Below, in pieces: positions 55,756 through 64,000 of a DNA stretch of 64,000 bases. Below the pieces are notes generated by a model, which saw only the letters and a list, made by a program, of their open reading frames with translations, was not told the DNA's origin and searched no databases. Position 1 is the stretch's first letter, and each line of letters opens with the position of its first letter. Source of the stretch: Balanoglossus misakiensis (lineage: Eukaryota > Animalia > Hemichordata). The translations under genes were made by a program, and so were the position numbers. The stretch covers positions 10,792,276 through 10,856,275 of the forward strand of contig CM082594.2 of the NCBI GenBank assembly GCA_040954595.2. The letters run 5' to 3'.

Positions 55756-55960
55756 CGAGTGCGCACTTTGGTTTACTTCACTTCCGTTTAGACAATCTGA
55801 TCTCTCGTCGGAACGTTCAGGTGACGGATTAAAAAGATAGGAAGACAGGTACGCTGTGAAGCTAGGAGCACGGATGACCTCAGCATCAGGGGCAAGGCAC
55901 AGGTCTCGGGGTTTATCGCGAGATGTGCCGTTCCTGTCGTTGGCGGCGTCAGCTTTCGGG
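55756..55960 (-). promoter_or_regulatory. Probable promoter and non-coding first exon of tropomodulin
   Basis: CpG-rich patch with a strong minus-strand donor (G|gtaagt at 55755) and an ETS motif CGGAAGTG at 55779-55786. The ATG-containing exon has its own acceptor near 51491, so it needs an upstream exon. Confidence 0.45.
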
Positions 55961-56536
55961 GAAACTCGTCCACGCTTGCAGAAGTCTATGAAAGTTTGCA
56001 ATAAACCGCATAAATCGCAGAAAAAATCACAGAAAACAGCAAAGTATTCATATATCAACATGTCAGTTTAATGTCTAATCATGTTCTGATTTATGGACTT
56101 ACATGCAGTCATAAAATGTGAGAACTTTACAGAAATAAACACGTCAACAGATCAACAGATGGACACTAACTGGGAGTGTTGCATCTTAAACTTTTCGTTC
56201 ATGATTTTGTGACCTTCACATTAACACACAAACATTGAATATAACACCAACAAAAATCCAACACTTCAACATTCCAAAATAACAATAAATTGGCCAAAAA
56301 GTCCAAATATGTGACACTTTCACTGCCATCTAAATCAGTAGAGGGGTCTTACACTGACATCAACACATGATCATTGCAACAGCGTCTTGTGGAATTAAAC
56401 CTTACTGTCTGTGCAGATAACCTTTCCTGTCACAAACAGGTTTATTCCACTACAGTGAAGTTCTGTTAGTTGTCAAAGTTTAACACCCAAAAATTCTTTG
56501 ACATCCTGAAAAATAGCATGATTTGTTTCTCTCCTA

Positions 56537-59065
56537 CTATTTCTTCTCCAAGAATTCCTTGTTGTACATCATTATCAGTTCATCGTGCCGAGCAGCCAGT
56601 GCCCCATCACCTCCTCCAGCATCGCCATATCCCAGCAGTACTCCATAGGCTTCATTCTTGTATGGCAGGATATCACTGATATCAAAATCCTTCTTCCTCC
56701 AGTTGTTGTTGTCATCGACGCTCACGTGACACCCTTTCTTCATTTCCATTGGTGTTCTTCGTCCCCCGCCGGCAATCTTCGGATTGGGCATGCCAAAATT
56801 GGCGTGCATCCTTACAGGGTCACCACCAGTGGGGGCTCCGAATTTGGCTTGAGTTTGGGCGCCAGGGTTTTCAGGCATCATGTCTCCTCTTCCCTGACCA
56901 TACGAGTCTTTCGTAGTCTCATCGATTCCACAATGTGGGTTGTAACCACCAACAAATTCCCGAACCTGCTCATGGCGTCCACGATGATTGACTCTCCACC
57001 CATATCTACCACTGCCGCGATGTTCAGGCCGAGCCTCCCCACGACCATCACCAAGCGGCCTATCTGTGTAGTTTTTAGATGGATCATTCCAATAGTAATT
57101 TCTACCATGGCACTGTTGTCTATTTTGTCTGCCTCCTCTACGTTTCTTAAAATCCAAACTCCATTGTTGATACTCAAATCTCACACCTGGTCTGTCACAG
57201 CTCTTTGCAGGAGGAAAGCTATCTTTTGGTTTCTCTCTTGGTGGCTGTTGTCCCTTCAATGGTTGCTGTCCACATCCTGCATTTACATCAGAGTTGTTAC
57301 TCAGAGCATCCAAATCCTTACAACTGCCTTTGGCGCTTCGTCTATGCGTTTCACCATACTCTCTTGTTTCTGTCATATTTTTATCAGTTACAGCTTTGTC
57401 CCTCTCTTTTTTTCTCACAGAGCGCGTGTTCTTACTGGTTTTGTCTTGTTTCTGATTGACAGTGTCTTGTGATTTAACATCCTTCTGTTGCATTCTCCCA
57501 TTCTGTCTATCCTCCTTTCTAGATGGCAGATTTCGTTCTGGTCCTATTTTGCTGTTATCGGTAACTTTGTTTCGTCTTCTTATCTTGTGTGCCCCTGTTG
57601 AAGTTTTGCCGCTTTCTGATTTTGCATCATTCTGTTGATGGAAACCAGAATTCTGATCATTCTCTGCAGAGATGCTAATCAGGGCTGGTTCATTTTTCTC
57701 AGTTTCAGAATCAGACAGCGTACAGGTGTCACTCTTCTCAGCTTCTTTGAGGGGAACCACCTCCTCACCTCTGTCTCCATCCCCGCTTGTCTGGTGATCT
57801 TTCAAATAATCACATCCATCGCCAGTTGTTTTGGGGTAAGGCACTCTTAGATGAAGATTTGGCCCAACGTCATCAACCAATGATCCATAATCTATACATT
57901 TTCTCAACCCCTTTGTACTCTTACTGCTTGGCAGCACTCTGCTCATGCCTGCAGGAACCATGGACCATCTGTTCCAGGCACTCATACTTCTTGGATGCTG
58001 CTGCCTTTCACTGGCATGCTTGTACATCGCAGCAGACTGATCAGAGGCAGAACCATAAAACAGATTTGCATTCTCACTATCCTCTGTAAAATCTGCTCTT
58101 GCACCATCTACATTCAACTCAGTGCTCTTCTCAGAATTCCCATTGTGATCGATCTGTTTGTCAGAGTTTTTGCTGGTAGAATCTTCAGATTTATCTTTCT
58201 GGATGTCATCTTCTTTCTTTGACCCCTCCTGGTTCTGCAGATTCCCATTTTTTCTGACGTAATCATTCGTCGTCTCCTTCCTGATAGCCACTTCTCTGCT
58301 GTCACTGATCACCTTGTCTTTACCACTATCCGCATATTTTCGATGGTTTGAAGGATGTGCTTGTACCTCGCTTCTGTCAACGCCACTTCTCTGCAGACGC
58401 TCACTTTTCCGCCATGGTTGATTTCTTCTCTCCTTCCTGGATTCGCCAAAGTCAGCCACTCCATCTCGATGAAATTTTCGTCTTTCCCCACAGTGTCCAA
58501 ATTCCACACGGCTCTTTCCCAATCCAGTGACACACCTGTCCATTCCAGGCCCACTTCCCTGAAAAAAATGCCCTCTTACTTGTTGTCTAAATTTCCCAGC
58601 TGGGCGACTAATCACCATGGAAACCTCTTTACCATCACTGCGACCCTCTCTTGAGATTTTTTTCCAGTTGATTTTAGGCTTGCATCCAGCATAGTGGCGT
58701 TCCTCGTAATCTTCATCAAACAGGGTACTCCTGCGTCCTGTCCGGATCAGAGTGGGCGTCGACACCTCCTCATACTCTGGGATGACATCTGGATTACCGC
58801 TGCAGAAAGTCATTGGATAGTCAATCTCTGGACTTGATACCTCGTGCCAACCACAGTCTGTCTGGTCATTAGCACCTGGAGCAGTGTTAGCTGATTGAGA
58901 CCCACATTCTGTGTCCAATTCGTGCCCGTCGTTTTCAAGTCCTGCTTGAGGTTCATATTCAAGTTCTTGGTCGCTATTCTCACAGTCCTGAGCCACAGCA
59001 AGAATTGGATTCTCTGCCACTGGTTGGATACGGACAGGTGGATACACAACAACAGCAACAGGTCG
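56537..59065 (-). CDS. Large terminal exon (842 codons plus stop) encoding a low-complexity, charged, probably disordered region
   Basis: A 2.5-kb uninterrupted ORF (track ORF 56537..59047). The acceptor tcatag before 59065 is in frame with the phase-0 donor at 59306. The region is rich in S/D/E/K/R/G/Q/N. Confidence 0.85.
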   Translation of the reverse strand, partial: RPVAVVVYPPVRIQPVAENPILAVAQDCENSDQELEYEPQAGLENDGHELDTECGSQSANTAPGANDQTDCGWHEVSSPEIDYPMTFCSGNPDVIPEYEEVSTPTLIRTGRRSTLFDEDYEERHYAGCKPKINWKKISREGRSDGKEVSMVISRPAGKFRQQVRGHFFQGSGPGMDRCVTGLGKSRVEFGHCGERRKFHRDGVADFGESRKERRNQPWRKSERLQRSGVDRSEVQAHPSNHRKYADSGKDKVISDSREVAIRKETTNDYVRKNGNLQNQEGSKKEDDIQKDKSEDSTSKNSDKQIDHNGNSEKSTELNVDGARADFTEDSENANLFYGSASDQSAAMYKHASERQQHPRSMSAWNRWSMVPAGMSRVLPSSKSTKGLRKCIDYGSLVDDVGPNLHLRVPYPKTTGDGCDYLKDHQTSGDGDRGEEVVPLKEAEKSDTCTLSDSETEKNEPALISISAENDQNSGFHQQNDAKSESGKTSTGAHKIRRRNKVTDNSKIGPERNLPSRKEDRQNGRMQQKDVKSQDTVNQKQDKTSKNTRSVRKKERDKAVTDKNMTETREYGETHRRSAKGSCKDLDALSNNSDVNAGCGQQPLKGQQPPREKPKDSFPPAKSCDRPGVRFEYQQWSLDFKKRRGGRQNRQQCHGRNYYWNDPSKNYTDRPLGDGRGEARPEHRGSGRYGWRVNHRGRHEQVREFVGGYNPHCGIDETTKDSYGQGRGDMMPENPGAQTQAKFGAPTGGDPVRMHANFGMPNPKIAGGGRRTPMEMKKGCHVSVDDNNNWRKKDFDISDILPYKNEAYGVLLGYGDAGGGDGALAARHDELIMMYNKEFLEKK

Positions 59066-61233
59066 CTATGATAATAATGACATGATAAACGAGAAACAAT
59101 GAGTATAAAATGGCAAGATTTTGATGCTGTCAACTAAATCTACAACTTAGACAATACACCCTTTTCATAAGTCTAGCGCCCTCATGCAGCCATCATGAAT
59201 TTGAACTCAAAGCGAGGCCAATTGGGAAATTCCCTTGATGTGATTGGTCAACTTTCCCCATTGGCCTCGCTTTAGTGCAAATTCATGGGTGACTTTATCT
59301 GCTCACCGGTTGAATAGTGCCTTCCTGTTGAAGACCCATCTCGTAAAAATGTCTGGCGATTTTATTTCCTGAACTTGACTTTATTTTGCAGTACTTCAGT
59401 TCTTGTCTGAAGTGTTCGTGGGACATGCAACTGATGTACAGCTCTTTCAACGTGTCGAACGTCAGTCCATTCTTCATCAGTTCTTTCACAACAAACACAC
59501 ACTCTACTGCATTCAGTAATGGTTCCAGTTTGTCTGCAGCATAAAAAATTTGAAGAGAGTGTGAGTGCTGGTTCACTCAGAGGTAGAGATTGGAGAGGAA
59601 AGAAGACTAGAATGCAAACTCACCGATTAGCGTTTCCTTGTTTCTCCTCTTTTCCATTCTATCCTTGTAATGCTGAATGCTGAAACAAGAAAATATTTAT
59701 AAACTACATGAACAAGTACTTTCACTTCCTAAAAGCCAAATGAATGTAAACAATCTCTGATCCATATATGTAAACTTTGACATGTTCCACTGGTGTATAA
59801 GAACTATTGCATGGTCCCTGGTGAAAAAGAGTTGGTTCTTGTATCAGGCGAACATGACTTTCATACAATTATATAGCGGCCACAAACCATTCCTCTGGAA
59901 CAAATACAGGAAAGCGCTCCACAAACTGCGATAGTGGTGATTCTCTGAACAGCCTGATTACCATTGTTGTGACAGCATGGGGTTGGTGATATCCTGTAGA
60001 TGGGTGGATATTTGAAGATTGTCAGTCAAAAACAGATTTCAAGAACAGTTTATATACAGATGGTGCAGAGATTTATGCTCAGGTTTTCAAATGGAATTTA
60101 ATCTTTCATAATATTGTAACAACTATGGCTAACTCTGCAAATAATGAATTGCAATCCAATTTTCAAGGCTCACCTTCTATATACTGCCCTGGAAACCAAT
60201 CATTTAACAAACTTTCCAATGACAGTGATCGTGTATCTACCAATAAAGGATGAGACAATATTTTCTTTTCCTGAAAAAAAAAAGATTTTGTAACAAATAA
60301 CAACTGAAAACTGTCTCTGCTGCTAATTGGATAATCATTCACGAACTGCTTATGTGACTCTGTCATTTGATATGCTTTGTATTAAAATTACAAGAACATA
60401 TATAGCTGTGAAGTGAAATTCACAATACAGAGACATCAAGACAGGCAAATATTACTCACATAGAGGAGATACAAACTGGAGTCTGAGAAGTAAATATTGT
60501 TTTCTCGGAAGATATCCAGTGATATGTCACACGCTTCCATTTCTCGGAAAAGAATGATGAAGTCAAAATAAAAGCCACCATGAGCTAAAAGTACTGTAAG
60601 GACAATAGAGTAGAAAAGGGAATGTAAATGTCTGATTGTTATTAACTTGTCTGAAAACTGTGAATCATGATCATTCAGAGCTGGTGTAAACCATAAAGCA
60701 AACTGTACATATGTCACACACACACAGCCAGAGTTACCCACCAGGATAGTGGCTTAGTCCAGTTGACTCATTCGCATAGTCAACAGTCTGTGCACACCAC
60801 TGAAGCAATGCTGAAATGGCATCGGGAAACTTGGCTCCTTTCTTTTTACTTCTGATGCCGAAACGTTTTGCTGTTGAACAAACAGGCAAAATACTGTTAT
60901 AAAAGCAGATCACACATTCAGTGATGTAAATACATGGATCTATACCAAATTTAAAAGCAATAGGATAAGTATATGTTATTGTGAATCTCTCCAATTCATG
61001 ATTACAATAGACTATCCACTATCTTATGTCGCTCACTTACCAGTGATATTAGCAGAGATTGTAGGATAGACCAAACTATGGAAACTGGGGAGAGGTGTAT
61101 CTGGCAGTGGTAGACACTGCACAGCTATTTCGATGATTTCATTGGGTGAGTATAGATTCCTATTTGCAGACTGAGATTTGTACACCATGAATAGAGGCAT
61201 ATGGTCTTCTACTGCGTCAGACTTATCCATCAT
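56537..61233 (-). CDS. DEDDh/DnaQ-like exonuclease-fold protein (Exuperantia/PML-C-like, catalytically degenerate) with a long disordered C-terminal tail, about 1156 aa: complement(join(56537..59065,59307..59533,59624..59679,59888..59993,60174..60270,60460..60593,60742..60870,61041..61233))
   Basis: Eight GT-AG exons chain with consistent phases into a 3471-nt ORF. Exo-fold hallmarks are present: NEIIEIAVQ..FHSLVYP, FPDAISALLQW, YPVLLAHGGFYFDFIILFREM, IYFSDS, LSLESL and RLFRESPL. These are followed by the helical segment KELMKNGLTFDTLKELY...KIARHF. The family call is by motif recognition, not by a database search. Confidence 0.8.
59194..59287. repeat. Long imperfect inverted repeat (arms 59194-59229 and 59253-59287, 23-nt loop)
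   Basis: The left arm is catgaatttgaactcaaagcgaggccaattgggaaa. The reverse complement of the right arm is catgaatttgcactaaagcgaggccaatggggaaa. They differ by 2 mismatches and 1 bulge. Confidence 0.9.
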
Positions 61234-61362
61234 GTAAGCTGGGTAATAATGAATCTGTTAGAAAAAATAAAGAGGTATAAACTAAGTATTGTCAGTGTCA
61301 TTCTTTGTTGATTTCACTCCATGATGCCATGCATTAGAACCTGGAAATATAACGTTGATTGC

Positions 61363-61407
61363 GGCTTGCATATTAATAAGGTTATTAAGTTGGTTAATAT
61401 GCAAGCC
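61363..61407. repeat. Perfect 14-bp inverted repeat (GGCTTGCATATTAA...TTAATATGCAAGCC), probably part of a short interspersed repeat extending to about 61540
   Basis: The arms are at 61363-61376 and 61394-61407. A CACAGA-type simple repeat follows near 61505-61525. Confidence 0.75.
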
Positions 61408-61872
61408 ACGCCCACAAGAAGCTCGGATGATCTCAGATCAGTACAATTCACTAAATTGGTTCAAATCTGAGCTGTTCATGATATACCAATGACAGTCTGT
61501 CAGCCAGACACACAGACACACACTTTCTGTGTGTGAACACGGGATCTTCAAAATCATGAAATGATCCTCACGGTTTTCCTCTTAATAAGAGATACAGAAT
61601 CATGAAAAGGACGTGGAGCTTGTGAACTGAAAGAAGTTTTTAGTATCGAATTGCTATCAAGGTCGATGTAGAGTCCCCAGTCAACATTTCCACTTATGTA
61701 AGTTTCAGAAGAAGCACCTGTTTTTCTGGAGACGTACTGGTTAGACTGCAAAACCTCGAGCTACTGAACTGCTGCTAAGACTAACTCGGCGTTCGTTCGC
61801 AGGAATGCAAAGATCGATGAACAGATAGAAATAAACCCCTATAAAAATACAGACAGATCAACATCTACTCAC

Positions 61873-61955
61873 TTCTCGTTCACAGCCTCTGATGCAGATA
61901 AACACACCGCCACGCCCTTCAGGTTATGTAAATTTCAAACAGTAGAGGGCGTCGT
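61873..61955 (-). promoter_or_regulatory. Probable promoter and short non-coding first exon of the exonuclease-like gene
   Basis: Donor AA|gtgagt at 61872, a GC-box-like GGGCGTGGCGG near 61907-61917, and a CTCF-like motif at 61939-61953. The ATG exon has an acceptor before 61254. Confidence 0.45.
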
Positions 61956-62238
61956 TACTCGATTGAGTTTGGTATCCTCACACCAAGTGTGGTGTATTAC
62001 TACATGTAAATATCCCAGGGAACGAACAATATACAAACAGAGAAATCACAGTTCAATTTGAAGCGAACTAACACTAACAGAACAAAGAAAATACATGTAT
62101 GTACGGAGTGATCAGGTTTCAATTGAAAAAATACCAACAATTTTGAAATTGGACGTCACTGGATACCATCAGCACTGTGGGAGTGAGATATAAAGATCAC
62201 AGAAACAAATGTACAAGTTTAGACCATGACACATGGTA

Positions 62239-62244
62239 TTTATT
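62239..62244 (-). terminator. Candidate AATAAA polyadenylation signal of SLC25A42
   Basis: Canonical hexamer about 820 nt after the stop codon and shortly before the next gene's probable promoter. Confidence 0.4.
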
Positions 62245-63063
62245 GAACTTGATAGTGCAGAACATAATATTGTTTCCATGGTTTAAAATCAACAAATTTA
62301 CAGAAATTTTGCAGCATACACAAAAGAAATTAGAAACACCCTCAAAAGACTTCTATCTGTCAGGAAAAATTGAATAATGCTGCTCAATAATCCAAATTCA
62401 GTCTATTATTTTCAATAAATTTACTTGTTTTAATAGTAAGCAGCATTAGAAAACTTCAACTTATTAGGCAAACATTAATTTATTGCTTTGTCTATGATTT
62501 TATTTAAAAATGCAGCAAAAATCTCTGGCAGAATCAGTCAATTATTTTATTTACCTTTCTCAACTAGGGATGCATTGTATTTCTAATGCCCTACAAAAAG
62601 GTCTCAAAAACACAACTGTTATCAGGTAGAATATCAAGAGTTGCACCATTTGAAAACTGACTGAGAGTTGGTGTGTGAGGGAGAAGTAAGTCAACATCAT
62701 TACATGGTTTCAAAACAATATAATGTGACCTCAATGTTGCGATAGGCCGACTCTTGATTCTGCTGTAGATACAGCCCAACAGACTTTTGGCACATTTTAT
62801 TTTGGTCAATTGAAGATAAAAATGCTACAAATTCTTTTCCAAAAAAACTTTCTGTTATTCTCTGGTTATTATTACACCTCCATTTTATCGCTAATTTCTG
62901 TCCACTCATCATCTGATGACGAATCAATTCTCCATTTCAGCAACATTCCAATCATAACAATTGAGACTCCTGCATGTCCGAATTCACACTAATGCCACGT
63001 CCAGATTCCCTTGGTAAATCTTGCAAGATCTTCGTATATTTCCTCCATGATGGCTAATGATTA

Positions 63064-64000
63064 TCATGATCCACCGTGGAAAATTTTAAACTGCCTGAGA
63101 GTCCTCTGGGTGATGTCAAAGGTCGTGAAGCTCACGCCCACCGCGATGGGCCCCTTGATCCAGTTCATACTGAGTCCTTTGTAAAATCCGCGCACGATGC
63201 CTTCTCTGGTGAACACAGTGATTACCGTGTTGATGATCGTTTTGTAGAGATGACCGTAGCTTTTGACTCCGGCCGTCTGCATTCGCCTGCGGACAATGTC
63301 CAGTGGGTATGACGCCGATTGTCCAAAGAGGCCGGCTAAAGCACCAAAGGCCATTCGTTCGTACGGGGCGGGCTCTGCTCCCTGGTTGCGTTCTGTACGG
63401 TCAAGAAACAAAAGAATGAAGGGATGAACATGAACTAGTATCACGAAAAAAAGATTCTGTTGGGTTGCTTTTATCAATGAGCGAGTGCTACATGCATTTA
63501 AGCATTTTATATTTTACAGCTAATGTCCCTGTAACTAATCTTGAAAGAACACCTGATCAATACTATTCATCATAATAATGTAACAGCAGAGAATTCTTCA
63601 GCCTCCTCACCTAGATGAAATTTCTTCAAGGTTTCATACGTAAAGAAACTAATCCCACCATATGGCAGCACACCGATGACGGTTGGTAAGAAACCCCTGT
63701 AGAAAGTTCGTACTCCTTCCGTCGTGTAAATTTTCCAAAACACACTGGAAAGGGTGTTGTACCTTCAGGAACAAAACAAAGTGTATTCCGGAATATTTGT
63801 TATGGAAAACGTACCATGCAGTGAGACCTGTCTACATTTAACCCTGTATAACCTGGAAACCCATCCATTCTGAACAACTTTTCTAGTCTCTGCATAATTA
63901 GTGCACTATTAAAACTACAGTGTACTTACGTTTGTTTATGTGTGACAGCCATCCTGGCCCTTGCAAGATCCAACGGATAGGTACATGTCACTGCTGTAGC
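63064..64000 (-). CDS. SLC25A42: Mitochondrial coenzyme A transporter SLC25A42, last three exons (5' partial): complement(join(63064..63392,63611..63762,63930..>64000))
   Basis: The spliced translation is [116 protein letters not shown]...[23 protein letters not shown]. It has two Px[D/E]xx[R/K]xR carrier signatures and the SLC25A42-type GQSASYPLD and KGLSMNWxKGPIAVG motifs. Confidence 0.95.

Noticed and set aside
55624-56061. 145-aa minus-strand ORF
   Set aside because: It overlaps the CpG-rich probable tropomodulin promoter and has no protein-like features.
56585-57472. 295-aa plus-strand ORF and neighbouring plus-strand ORFs up to 58654
   Set aside because: These are antisense shadows of the large minus-strand coding exon, with no independent start or splice evidence.

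Overview
Eukaryotic, intron-rich animal DNA. It is most likely a non-vertebrate deuterostome such as a hemichordate, echinoderm or amphioxus; this is inferred from the gene sequences only. I assembled four minus-strand genes by hand from GT-AG exons with consistent phases. (1) The 5' end of an E-protein bHLH gene (TCF12/TCF4/TCF3 family), with AD1 exons at 34832-34906 and 33600-33705, followed by a region of more than 33 kb with no recognisable constitutive exon. (2) A complete 9-exon tropomodulin of 362 aa at 43248-51455. (3) A complete 8-coding-exon gene of about 1156 aa at 56537-61233, with a catalytically degenerate DEDDh exonuclease-like domain, a helical domain and an 842-aa disordered tail containing RG motifs. 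(4) The 3' end of SLC25A42 at 63064-64000. Nearly all ORFs in the supplied track are spurious. The best leads are the Exuperantia/PML-like pseudonuclease, which has a hairpin beside the donor that joins on the tail; a candidate Alt-domain first exon of the E-protein (MCKLVHSSAMRSGYPVYYYR); an in-frame cassette or alternative first exon in tropomodulin; and clustered RFX X-boxes and CTCF-like motifs. No prokaryote-type system (CRISPR, rRNA, IS element) was seen.
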